Shown: positions 1 to 7,729, numbered from the stretch's first letter. The stretch: 62,422 nucleotides of DNA from a virus (IMGVR_UViG_3300026167_000001:1-62422); one strand, 5' to 3'. Numbers and translations are program-made. The notes: a model not told the origin generated them from the letters alone.

Positions 1-16
1 TTAAAACCATAAAATC

Positions 17-394
17 ATGGAAATAATTAACTTAATCATCGCCGGCTTTATCATAATATTTATAATTATATTAATTTATAAAGGTAAAAAATACATTCTA
101 AAAAATATTGAAATATTGGATAAAACACAAGATAGAATAATAGGCCACATATCTGCAATAAATAAAACAATAGATCAATTAGAATGTAATCATGACGATG
201 TTAAAATACTTGATGTACGAAAAATTGATAAAACTGAAGAAAGAAACTCTTTTTATTTCATAGTAGAATTACAATGCAAAACTTGTGGATTGCATTATGA
301 TAAACCATTAGCAGATCTTAACTTTAAAGAACGCACCGAATATATGTCTTGGCGTAAAAACGAATTGGATAAGAAATTACCGCCAAGCTTATAA
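17..394 (+). CDS. hypothetical membrane-anchored protein
   Basis: 125 aa; hydrophobic N-terminal helix; CKTC motif; A-rich leader. Confidence 0.6.
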   Translation: MEIINLIIAGFIIIFIIILIYKGKKYILKNIEILDKTQDRIIGHISAINKTIDQLECNHDDVKILDVRKIDKTEERNSFYFIVELQCKTCGLHYDKPLADLNFKERTEYMSWRKNELDKKLPPSL

Positions 395-407
395 ATTTAA
401 GTCAACC

Positions 408-788
408 ATGAAAAAGAAAGAATTAATTCATTTAATAGAACTAATGATTTGTAAGTATGAAATTGCTATTAAAAGTGAGTATATAGAAATTACTTACACA
501 CCATGTCCTTTATGTAAATACACTACTAATAAGTATGAAGAAGGATTGGTTAATTGTAAAAAATGTATTTTACCTAATTATTTTAACTATCCTCATTCAC
601 AATGTCTTCATATGTACACATCTCCAAAAACAAGGAGTATAAGTTCTTGGCATTTAAGATTAAGATTTTGGACAGCAGTTTTAAAGGAAGTAAAACAAAT
701 AAATTACCCTGCATTCTTTACTAATTTATCTAGTATTAAAGAAAAACTACATGAAGTAGATAGAGAAGTTTGGTATAAAAGTAATTAA
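408..788 (+). CDS. hypothetical Cys-rich (possible Zn-binding) protein
   Basis: 126 aa; CPLC and CKKC motifs. Confidence 0.6.
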   Translation: MKKKELIHLIELMICKYEIAIKSEYIEITYTPCPLCKYTTNKYEEGLVNCKKCILPNYFNYPHSQCLHMYTSPKTRSISSWHLRLRFWTAVLKEVKQINYPAFFTNLSSIKEKLHEVDREVWYKSN

Positions 789-800
789 CCATATTAAAAC

Positions 801-898
801 ATAAAAGCTGATTAACTACACTTAAGAAAAGGTATATAATTAATTTATTGTTGAATCAGTGAGTTTTTATAATGAGTTTATGTTCAATCAGCTTTTAT
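801..898 (+). ncRNA. candidate structured intergenic RNA closed by 13-bp stem
   Basis: ataaaagctgatt (801-813) is the reverse complement of aatcagcttttat (886-898). Confidence 0.4.
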
Positions 899-930
899 TT
901 TACTTTGTCAACCAATTAAAAGTATTAAAT

Positions 931-1341
931 ATGAAAGAAAAAGATATCAAAAATTACAAATTAAGACAAAAAAATTGGGTAAAAGCCAATAATCTTAAAA
1001 TAGGTAATAAAGCCATGTTATTAAAACCACATAAAGGATATACCAAAGGGTGGAATATACCTTGGGTTTTAGATGAAAATGATGAAAAATATTTCAATAC
1101 CCCTTTAGAAATTACAAATATACACCCTAAAATGGGTATAGAAGTAATAATTCCAGAAGAAACAGTATTTAGTATTACTTATGTATTCGTATATTTACCA
1201 TATACAGTACTACAAAAAGTAGAAAATCATTACTGGGTAAAACCTAAAGGAGGTAACTATGACTGGGAAAAATTCCCAATAGAAATGTTTTGGAAGAAAA
1301 ATCCTAACTATTCGTATTCATTTGTCAACCCCTATGAATAG
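931..1341 (+). CDS. hypothetical protein (start moved from GTG 859 to ATG 931)
   Basis: ATG 931 follows a typical gtcaaccaattaaaa leader; the upstream extension lies inside the 801-898 stem. Confidence 0.6.
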   Translation: MKEKDIKNYKLRQKNWVKANNLKIGNKAMLLKPHKGYTKGWNIPWVLDENDEKYFNTPLEITNIHPKMGIEVIIPEETVFSITYVFVYLPYTVLQKVENHYWVKPKGGNYDWEKFPIEMFWKKNPNYSYSFVNPYE

Positions 1342-1438
1342 AGGTATATTTTGTTAAACGTAATTAGGCTACATGGATAACCTAATTAGCATATATGAAA
1401 AACTATATGCCAAAATACTACATTCCTAGCCAATGATA

Positions 1439-1482
1439 AAAGGGAGAGAACTGTACAGACTAAAAGCTTAATCTCTCCCTTT
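1439..1482 (+). terminator. stem-loop, probable intrinsic terminator
   Basis: aaagggagaga / tctctcccttt followed by T-rich tract. Confidence 0.5.
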
Positions 1483-1510
1483 ATTTTATAACTAATTAAT
1501 TAAAAATATT

Positions 1511-1741
1511 ATGTATTTAGAAATAATTTTAATGAACGCATTAAATACCTCATTATTATTAGCGGTATTTTTAGCCTTTTTAACTTCTCTTATTAATATA
1601 ATTATGAGTACAGTATCTGAAAAAAGGAAAGCAAACTATTTAAAAGAAGTATTACTATTAACAGCATTTATTGCCATAACCTATATTCTGTCAATATTAA
1701 CAATTTTAAAAGCAACCAATAATTTATATTTATTATGGTAA
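1511..1741 (+). CDS. small two-TM membrane protein
   Basis: 76 aa with two hydrophobic segments. Confidence 0.55.
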   Translation: MYLEIILMNALNTSLLLAVFLAFLTSLINIIMSTVSEKRKANYLKEVLLLTAFIAITYILSILTILKATNNLYLLW

Positions 1742-1752
1742 TAGATGTATTT

Positions 1753-1826
1753 GGCGATCACGACAGCCGGATTAGCTGTTTTAACGGGAAATAATACCGT
1801 CGGAGGTTCAAGTCCTCATTTCGCCG
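1753..1826 (+). ncRNA. degenerate tRNA-like element lacking a D-arm
   Basis: ggcga/tcgcc acceptor-like stem; acagc-cggatta-gctgt arm; acgg/ccgt variable arm; gagg-ttcaagt-cctc T-arm. Confidence 0.5.
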
Positions 1827-1866
1827 CAAATTAACCAAACTAATGATTAACTAAAACTATAAAATT

Positions 1867-2586
1867 ATGAAAAACAACAGAATTGCCCTTTTTAGCGTAT
1901 ATACGCTACTTTTATTAATTATAGGTATATTTATCTACATTGCTATTAAAGTTGAAGAATCGAGCTATAATACTACTTTAACGCTAGAATTAGATAAGTT
2001 AACCAATGAAGATGAAATTATTCAAGGTTGTACTTATGTAGAATGTAACTCAAAAGATTATTTAATTAAGGTAAACAATAAAATATTATCTATGCCTATA
2101 AGTACTACTAAAGTAATTCATGGATTAGATAATAGATTAATATTGTATGGTAATAGTGATCGTTTATTTGAAATAATATCAAAAATTAACGATAATAACT
2201 TAAATTTAATAAGATTAAAAAATTTATCAGTAACTTTAATTTTAAATAATCATGATTGTCTACATTATATCGGTAAAGAAACCACTAAATACCAAAGAAA
2301 TAGAAGTACAGAAATTATACACAGATTTAAAAAAACTAGTGGTAGCTCACACACTACAAAATATTTTAAAACAACTAAAGAATACAGAGATATTTATACA
2401 AATAGGTTCCTTACGAAGTATGGATTTAATAAGTATAGATGGTTTTCACGTATTCAAAACAGAAGAAACGAATTTAAAAATTTTAAGAACGATTTACAAA
2501 CCGGAAGATTTTTTACAGATGTACAAAAGAAGATACCCAATAAGAAAAAGGGTGAAAAAGTACAAATTAGCTGCAACCAATCCTAA
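1867..2586 (+). CDS. hypothetical membrane-anchored protein; C-terminal 111 codons overlap the next ORF
   Basis: 239 aa; N-terminal TM helix; leader ttaaccaaac...aaaattATG. Confidence 0.55.
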   Translation: MKNNRIALFSVYTLLLLIIGIFIYIAIKVEESSYNTTLTLELDKLTNEDEIIQGCTYVECNSKDYLIKVNNKILSMPISTTKVIHGLDNRLILYGNSDRLFEIISKINDNNLNLIRLKNLSVTLILNNHDCLHYIGKETTKYQRNRSTEIIHRFKKTSGSSHTTKYFKTTKEYRDIYTNRFLTKYGFNKYRWFSRIQNRRNEFKNFKNDLQTGRFFTDVQKKIPNKKKGEKVQISCNQS

Positions 2587-2620
2587 AAATTTAAAAAGAG
2601 ATTATGACAAACGTTTGTAA
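2252..2620 (+). CDS. hypothetical protein (overlapping, +1 frame)
   Basis: 122 aa; composition typical of this genome's genes; aatcATG start context. Confidence 0.55.
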   Translation: MIVYIISVKKPLNTKEIEVQKLYTDLKKLVVAHTLQNILKQLKNTEIFIQIGSLRSMDLISIDGFHVFKTEETNLKILRTIYKPEDFLQMYKRRYPIRKRVKKYKLAATNPKNLKRDYDKRL

Positions 2621-2625
2621 AACTT

Positions 2626-2708
2626 AAAAGTCTACACCTAGGGTATCAAAATTAACGGACACGAACGGAGGAAAGTCTGAAATAAGGCTTGTTTAAGTGT
2701 AGACTTTT
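2626..2708 (+). ncRNA. candidate structured RNA closed by 12-bp stem
   Basis: aaaagtctacac (2626-2637) / gtgtagactttt (2697-2708); inner aagtct/aggctt hairpin; T-run follows, so it may also terminate transcription. Confidence 0.45.
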
Positions 2709-2725
2709 TTAAATTTTCTAAAATT

Positions 2726-3244
2726 ATGAAACCGGAGTATAAAAAAAATCAAATTGTAGTAGTTACAAATAGTTGCGGTGGCAATATACCAGGGACTATC
2801 ACTAAAATAATTTTAAATCCTCTTGAAGGTAAATTGCTAGATAACGGAGGATATGTTAATGCATACAGCAGTGTAGTATGTGAAGGTAATACCCGTGGCC
2901 AACTTGACTTCCATAGAAAATATTGTAACAAAAATATTTGGGAAGAAATATATATCAGACCAGCTACTACACATGAAAAAATAGCCAGAAGAAAAGGTAT
3001 ATATTTACCTAAAGCAAGAAAAACTTTCAGCCAATTAACTTTAGGGGATACTATAATGATACAGCATAATCAGCATTTTATAGAGCTAAAAATAGATGCT
3101 ATTCACAGATTAGGTGCAAAAACATTAGATGTTGGTGCTAAACCAGTCAACCTTAAAAAAGAATTTAAAAATACTGCTATTAAAGAATATTATTTTTTAA
3201 CAGAAGATCAATTAATAATGTCATCTGCACCACCAATAAAATAA
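2726..3244 (+). CDS. hypothetical protein
   Basis: 172 aa ORF on the local coding strand. Confidence 0.6.
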   Translation: MKPEYKKNQIVVVTNSCGGNIPGTITKIILNPLEGKLLDNGGYVNAYSSVVCEGNTRGQLDFHRKYCNKNIWEEIYIRPATTHEKIARRKGIYLPKARKTFSQLTLGDTIMIQHNQHFIELKIDAIHRLGAKTLDVGAKPVNLKKEFKNTAIKEYYFLTEDQLIMSSAPPIK

Positions 3245-3294
3245 ATTCAGAATCTAAAGAAAATGGGTATAATTATATAATTATGCCTATATTT

Positions 3295-3386
3295 GGTCCG
3301 TTCGTCTAACGGTTAGGACGCCAGAAGCTTAACAGCATAAAAACTTTGAAAAACTGGAAATGTAGGTTCGAATCCTGCACGGACTA
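3295..3386 (+). tRNA. tRNA-Glu/Gln-like gene with ~20-nt insertion in the anticodon loop
   Basis: ggtccgt/acggact acceptor; D-arm gtct-aacggtt-aggac; ccag/ctgg anticodon stem around a 29-nt loop; gtagg-ttcgaat-cctgc T-arm. Confidence 0.75.
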
Positions 3387-3406
3387 CTAATTAAAACTAA
3401 TTAATT

Positions 3407-3568
3407 ATGAATGAGGAAAATAAATCAATAATTAAAAGAAAAGCAGAAGAATATTTTGAAGAAAATATGTCTGGAGAACCACTATGTCAAGACTCTGTCA
3501 TATATGATATGGCGCAATTCACTAAAGAAATATTAGAAGAATTTGGAATTAACACTGAAAAATTATAA
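3407..3568 (+). CDS. small acidic hypothetical protein (53 aa, below ORF-track cutoff)
   Basis: MNEENKSIIKRK...GINTEKL*, fills the gap with a typical A-rich leader. Confidence 0.5.
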   Translation: MNEENKSIIKRKAEEYFEENMSGEPLCQDSVIYDMAQFTKEILEEFGINTEKL

Positions 3569-3584
3569 CCAAAAACTATAAATC

Positions 3585-4793
3585 ATGGAATCAAAAAAAT
3601 TAGAATTTGATGAAACTTTATGGGAAGAAATATTAAAAACATCTAAATTCTTTGAAGATAAGAATAAAAAATTAACAGCAGCTTATCTAAAAAGACAGTT
3701 CCCATTTTTATCAGAACGTCATGCAGCATGTTATATATTTGCACTTAATAATAAAGATGCTATTGTACCAGATTGGTCAGTTAAAAATAATATTTCTGCA
3801 ATAAAAACAGATTTATATACAGAAAGAAAACGTGTAAAAGGTTTATTACAAGAAATAAATTTAGCTGATCAAAGATTAAGCTATATGTTTGCCTTAAATC
3901 ACACAAAAGGTTTACAGGAATCTATTAAAGTAACAGCAGATCCTGAAATGAAGTCAGAAAGTACTGCAATCGCTTTATGTGGAGATGTACATGCTGAAGA
4001 AACAGTCAAAAAAGAAGTAATGGATGGACTAAATGAATACAATTTAGAAACATTCATAAAAAGATTTACAAGATATTTTTCAAGACTTCTTTATGTAATA
4101 CGAATGCAACGTAAAGCAGAACATGAAATTAATAATTTGGTATTAACCTTTTTAGGGGATTTAATAACAGGTTATATTCATGAAGAATTAATGGAAAATA
4201 ACTCCCTGTCACCAACAGAAGCTGCTAACATATTATTAGATTTAATGACATCTGGTATTAAATTGTTAGCTAATGAAGGCGCTTTTAAAAAAATAATTAT
4301 CGTAGGAATACGAGGTAATCATGGTAGAACAAGTCATAGGAAAAAATTCGCAACCGGCTACAAAAATTCTTATGAATGGTTAATGTATAAAAGGTTAGAG
4401 AAAACCTTTAAAGATCATTTAACTGGATATGAAAATATCGAGTTTGTAATTCCTAAATCAGAATTTGCCTACATAGATATATATGATAAAAAATGGGGAT
4501 TTTCTCATGGAGACCATTTTAATTATATGGGAGGAATTGGAGGAGTTATGGTACCGCTTATGCGTTGGTTATCAAAAATTAATGATGTAATTGATGCAGA
4601 TATGAGAGGTATAGGTCATTGGCATTCATATATATCTCTACCAAAATGCCTTGTAAACGGTTCTATGATTGGTTATGCGCCATATGCTTTAGGTAAAGCA
4701 TTTGCACCAGAAGAACCTAAGATGCAATTACAACTACAAGATAAGAAACTTGGATTTACTGTCAATATACCAATATTACTTGAAGACTTTTAA
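3585..4793 (+). CDS. calcineurin-like metallophosphoesterase with N-terminal helical/coiled-coil region
   Basis: motifs GDVH, GDLI, GNHG, HGDH and GHWH in canonical order. Confidence 0.85.
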   Translation: MESKKLEFDETLWEEILKTSKFFEDKNKKLTAAYLKRQFPFLSERHAACYIFALNNKDAIVPDWSVKNNISAIKTDLYTERKRVKGLLQEINLADQRLSYMFALNHTKGLQESIKVTADPEMKSESTAIALCGDVHAEETVKKEVMDGLNEYNLETFIKRFTRYFSRLLYVIRMQRKAEHEINNLVLTFLGDLITGYIHEELMENNSLSPTEAANILLDLMTSGIKLLANEGAFKKIIIVGIRGNHGRTSHRKKFATGYKNSYEWLMYKRLEKTFKDHLTGYENIEFVIPKSEFAYIDIYDKKWGFSHGDHFNYMGGIGGVMVPLMRWLSKINDVIDADMRGIGHWHSYISLPKCLVNGSMIGYAPYALGKAFAPEEPKMQLQLQDKKLGFTVNIPILLEDF

Positions 4794-4797
4794 AATT

Positions 4798-4858
4798 TAA
4801 TCACTCTGTTATTAATACATTGTTAGGGACGCGGGTTCGATTCCCGCCGCCTCCACTA
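4798..4858 (+). ncRNA. ssrA: acceptor (3') piece of circularly permuted tmRNA
   Basis: ggacgcgggttcgattcccgccgcctccA is the canonical tmRNA 3' end; taatcactc and gttattaata pair with gagtgatta and tattaataac in the coding piece. Confidence 0.85.
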
Positions 4859-4864
4859 TTATAC

Positions 4865-4942
4865 ACACTTATACGTCTCAGAAGAGCATAGGAGCGACGG
4901 GCTGATAAACCGTGGTCGTTGGTTCAAGTCCAACTAAGTGTG
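4865..4942 (+). tRNA. tRNA-Ile(GAT)-like gene nested in the tmRNA intervening segment
   Basis: acactta/taagtgt acceptor; acggg-ctGATaa-accgt anticodon arm; gttgg-ttcaagt-ccaac T-arm; atypical enlarged D-arm and G discriminator. Confidence 0.7.
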
Positions 4943-4959
4943 TATATTTTAAAATATCA

Positions 4960-4994
4960 GTCTAACAGGATTGATTAACGATCGCCTGTTAGGC
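4960..4994 (+). ncRNA. hairpin in tmRNA intervening segment
   Basis: gtctaacagg / cctgttaggc. Confidence 0.45.
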
Positions 4995-5001
4995 AAGCCG
5001 T

Positions 5002-5125
5002 ATAATATCCTAATACTCATAAAGAGCGCCTCTTCGAGCATAAGATGTAAATTGCCCCGTTATACTATACGGATCTATAGACAGTTTTAATATTGTCCAC
5101 TAGACTTACTTTATTAGGATATTAT
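5002..5125 (+). ncRNA. multibranched RNA closed by 14-bp stem, in tmRNA intervening segment
   Basis: ataatatcctaata / tattaggatattat; inner ccgt/acgg, gaca/tgtc, tcta/taga and ctc/gag stems. Confidence 0.5.
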
Positions 5126-5130
5126 CCCAT

Positions 5131-5301
5131 GGGGGCGACCTGGTTTTGACCGATAATAATATTAATAACCGATTAGTAGTGAGTGATTATTCCTTAAACG
5201 GAAACTTTAATACACCTGTTATTCAACTTCTAAGAGAAGTTGCGTAACACGTAATCAGTACGAAAAACTGTTAGCAGGGATGTAAAAAGTCCCTGCTTTT
5301 T
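5131..5301 (+). ncRNA. ssrA: coding (5') piece of permuted tmRNA; predicted tag (A)GNFNTPVIQLLREVA*
   Basis: gggggcgacctggttttgac is the canonical 5' end; gggggcg pairs with cgcctcc (4848-4854) giving G3.U70; resume context taaac-GGA at 5200, stop 5245-5247. Confidence 0.85.
5273..5301 (+). terminator. intrinsic terminator
   Basis: agcaggga / tccctgct followed by T-run. Confidence 0.75.
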
Positions 5302-5321
5302 AACTAAAATTACAATTAACC

Positions 5322-5987
5322 ATGAATGATAAAAAAGAACCTTACATTGTATTTAATTTAAGTGAGGGCTGTTCTATTGAATTGAATAAAGCAGATAGAA
5401 AATTATTAGTGCCTGGATTAACTTCCAGTGACTTAGTATATGGACAAGCTCTATTAAGTTTACTAAAAAGACTTAATTTAGAATATAGTAAAAAATATCT
5501 GCTAACTGATGATGAAGATGCAAAAGCTAAACATCATTGGTTAACAGTCCTAATAGGAAAAATTGAAAATAAAAGAAAAGGCAGTATATCAAATAAAATG
5601 CCTAAATTAGTAAGTGCAAAATCTATTTCTAAGTATTTTGATTCATTAATAAAGGAATTTAGAAGTGAATTAAAAGAAATTAAAGAAGAACCCATAAAAT
5701 CTAAAATAGCTAATGAATTAGCACATTTAGATAATATTGAGGCTCACATACTTAATACATATGGATTCAGATTGCACGACATCTCTAAAGTAGACGAACA
5801 AGATCACCCTTATGTCTTGAATATCGTTAAAAAGAAAGTAAGGGAAATAATAGGGAATTTTAAAAAAAGTGGTGGTGAGGACAAAGATCTTACTGTAAAA
5901 AATATAATTACATATTATGTAAGAACAATACCACCTGCAGTAAATATTAAAACTTTAACAGAAATAGTTAAAGAAGAACTTAAGTAA
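5322..5987 (+). CDS. hypothetical protein
   Basis: 221 aa; caattaaccATG leader. Confidence 0.65.
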   Translation: MNDKKEPYIVFNLSEGCSIELNKADRKLLVPGLTSSDLVYGQALLSLLKRLNLEYSKKYLLTDDEDAKAKHHWLTVLIGKIENKRKGSISNKMPKLVSAKSISKYFDSLIKEFRSELKEIKEEPIKSKIANELAHLDNIEAHILNTYGFRLHDISKVDEQDHPYVLNIVKKKVREIIGNFKKSGGEDKDLTVKNIITYYVRTIPPAVNIKTLTEIVKEELK

Positions 5988-6039
5988 GTAAGGAAAAGGT
6001 GTGCTAAAATCTAATTATAACCAATTAAAAACAATAACC

Positions 6040-6972
6040 ATGGAAGACCAAAAGATTTTAAATACACCGATGTTACTAACAGCTATTGTAGAGCTGCTGA
6101 ATCTACAACAAATGGAAATCTCTGAATTACGACATGAAGGTAAGGATGATGAAGCTATTACTATGAAACATCATAGAAAAGAATTGCTAAGTAAAGCAAT
6201 TGAATTAGCTTTAGAAACTGTATCTACTCATGGAGTTTGTATTCCTGTTGAACTTGATACCAAAAAACTTTCTGCAGATAAAGAAAGTTATTCAAGACAA
6301 ATAAAGGAACAATTATCAAGACTGGAAAGTAAACCAGCTAAGAAAAAATTCACTGCGGATAAAAAAACTAAAATTCCAGCAACAGAACGCTCTTATTCAA
6401 ATGTTTATGAACAAGATCAAGTAAAAAATAAAATGGCTACTTTTTCCATTAAGAAGAATTTACAACCTGAAGATTTACTAAAAGATGATGAGGAGTCTAC
6501 TCCATTGAGTAGATTAGTAAGGAAATCTATTTCCCATATGTTACAATTAGGAAAAAGATTAGAGGCTGTAAATTATTTAACTAATTACATATTCATTTAT
6601 ATAGGAATGACTTCAAAAGAGGCACATTCTTTAATAAATGAATTAAAAGAAAAGTTCAATATTTTTGAACTGACTAAATTGAAGCCAGTAAACAAAAAAA
6701 GAGCGGTACCAAAAGGAAAAATAGTTTTTGCCGAAGTAAATACTTTTAAAAGTAAAGAACCTACTACAAAATATGTAATTTGGCCTGAAGACTCTAAAAA
6801 TAATAGCATATTTGACTTTGTACAAGATGAATTTATTTGCATGTCAGATAATATTATTAAATTTAGAGAAGTTAGCCAATTAGAGGAAGAAAAAGTGAAA
6901 AAACAGAGAGAAGAGTTTGTAGATAAAGTAATTGAAAAAACTAAAAAAAGGTTAAAAAACAATAAGAAGTAA
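6040..6972 (+). CDS. hypothetical protein (start moved from GTG 6001 to ATG 6040)
   Basis: taaccaattaaaaacaataaccATG leader. Confidence 0.65.
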   Translation: MEDQKILNTPMLLTAIVELLNLQQMEISELRHEGKDDEAITMKHHRKELLSKAIELALETVSTHGVCIPVELDTKKLSADKESYSRQIKEQLSRLESKPAKKKFTADKKTKIPATERSYSNVYEQDQVKNKMATFSIKKNLQPEDLLKDDEESTPLSRLVRKSISHMLQLGKRLEAVNYLTNYIFIYIGMTSKEAHSLINELKEKFNIFELTKLKPVNKKRAVPKGKIVFAEVNTFKSKEPTTKYVIWPEDSKNNSIFDFVQDEFICMSDNIIKFREVSQLEEEKVKKQREEFVDKVIEKTKKRLKNNKK

Positions 6973-6991
6973 TTAATAATATTAACCTAAT

Positions 6992-7019
6992 AAAGGCAGG
7001 GATAATTCCTTGCCTTTTT
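6992..7019 (+). terminator. intrinsic terminator
   Basis: aaaggcaggga / tccttgccttt followed by T-run. Confidence 0.75.
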
Positions 7020-7034
7020 AATTAATTAAAAGTT

Positions 7035-7529
7035 ATGAATAAGTACATACAAATTAATCAACAAATTGAAAAGTTAATTAATAGTTCTAAAAAAATTAAC
7101 ATAATTAAAAGATTGTTGCAAGAATCTGATAATTTTCAGAATCGTGTAGCTTCCATCGTTGGAATAAATGTGGCAGAAATTGGTTTATCACATTTAAAAA
7201 ACTCTTTAATTAGAAAGAAAAATGAGTACATTCACCAAGTAAATTATACGGCTAATACACTATTAGCTTTATTTAATGTGCCAGTTAAAGAATTTAATTT
7301 AAGTAATTTTGTTCTTGGTACTAAAGATTTACTTAATGGATATGCTGAAATAGAAGATTCTAAAGGTAATTTATGGGTACTCTCTTTAAATACAGGAGAA
7401 TTTATTAAAGAAAGTATACCAGAAGATGAAGAGTCTAGAGAAACATTGCCAAGCTACATTAAAGAACCATGTTCTGTACTATCAGAAAATGACGAGTATT
7501 TAATATTAATTAAATCTAACAACCAATAA
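7035..7529 (+). CDS. hypothetical protein
   Basis: 164 aa ORF. Confidence 0.6.
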   Translation: MNKYIQINQQIEKLINSSKKINIIKRLLQESDNFQNRVASIVGINVAEIGLSHLKNSLIRKKNEYIHQVNYTANTLLALFNVPVKEFNLSNFVLGTKDLLNGYAEIEDSKGNLWVLSLNTGEFIKESIPEDEESRETLPSYIKEPCSVLSENDEYLILIKSNNQ

Positions 7530-7557
7530 AAAAATTAAACTCGTTATGGTTGACAGA

Positions 7558-7641
7558 GCCGACTTGATCTAGGAATATGCATTTATTCATTTAGTGTTAT
7601 ATGCCTTGAAAGATCGTAGGGATCGTATCCCTAAGTCGGTA
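7558..7641 (+). ncRNA. tRNA mimic: acceptor stem + T-arm, one long hairpin replacing D and anticodon arms
   Basis: gccgact/agtcggt + A; taggg-atcgtat-cccta T-like arm; gatct/agatc closes a long irregular hairpin. Confidence 0.55.
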
Positions 7642-7658
7642 CAATATTACCCCCAACA

Positions 7659-7721
7659 GAATATCTAACTAGTAGTTTAGGTCCAAACTAGACTATGACG
7701 TGCCAATTTTGTTAGATATTC
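7659..7721 (+). ncRNA. candidate structured RNA closed by 11-bp stem
   Basis: gaatatctaac / gttagatattc; inner tagt-agttt / aaact-acta. Confidence 0.45.
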
Positions 7722-7729
7722 ACACAATT

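Noticed and set aside
2626-2708. RNase P RNA gene
   Set aside because: Only 83 nt, with no room for the catalytic domain; kept only as a weak motif observation
3288-3295. Bacteroidota -7 promoter element TAnnTTTG
   Set aside because: Overlaps the first base of the tRNA, so transcription would start inside it; likely chance in AT-rich DNA
4828-4858. attP-like fragment of host ssrA or a stand-alone tRNA 3' half
   Set aside because: Its matching 5' half, P2-like pairing and tag frame are present downstream; no integrase in the window
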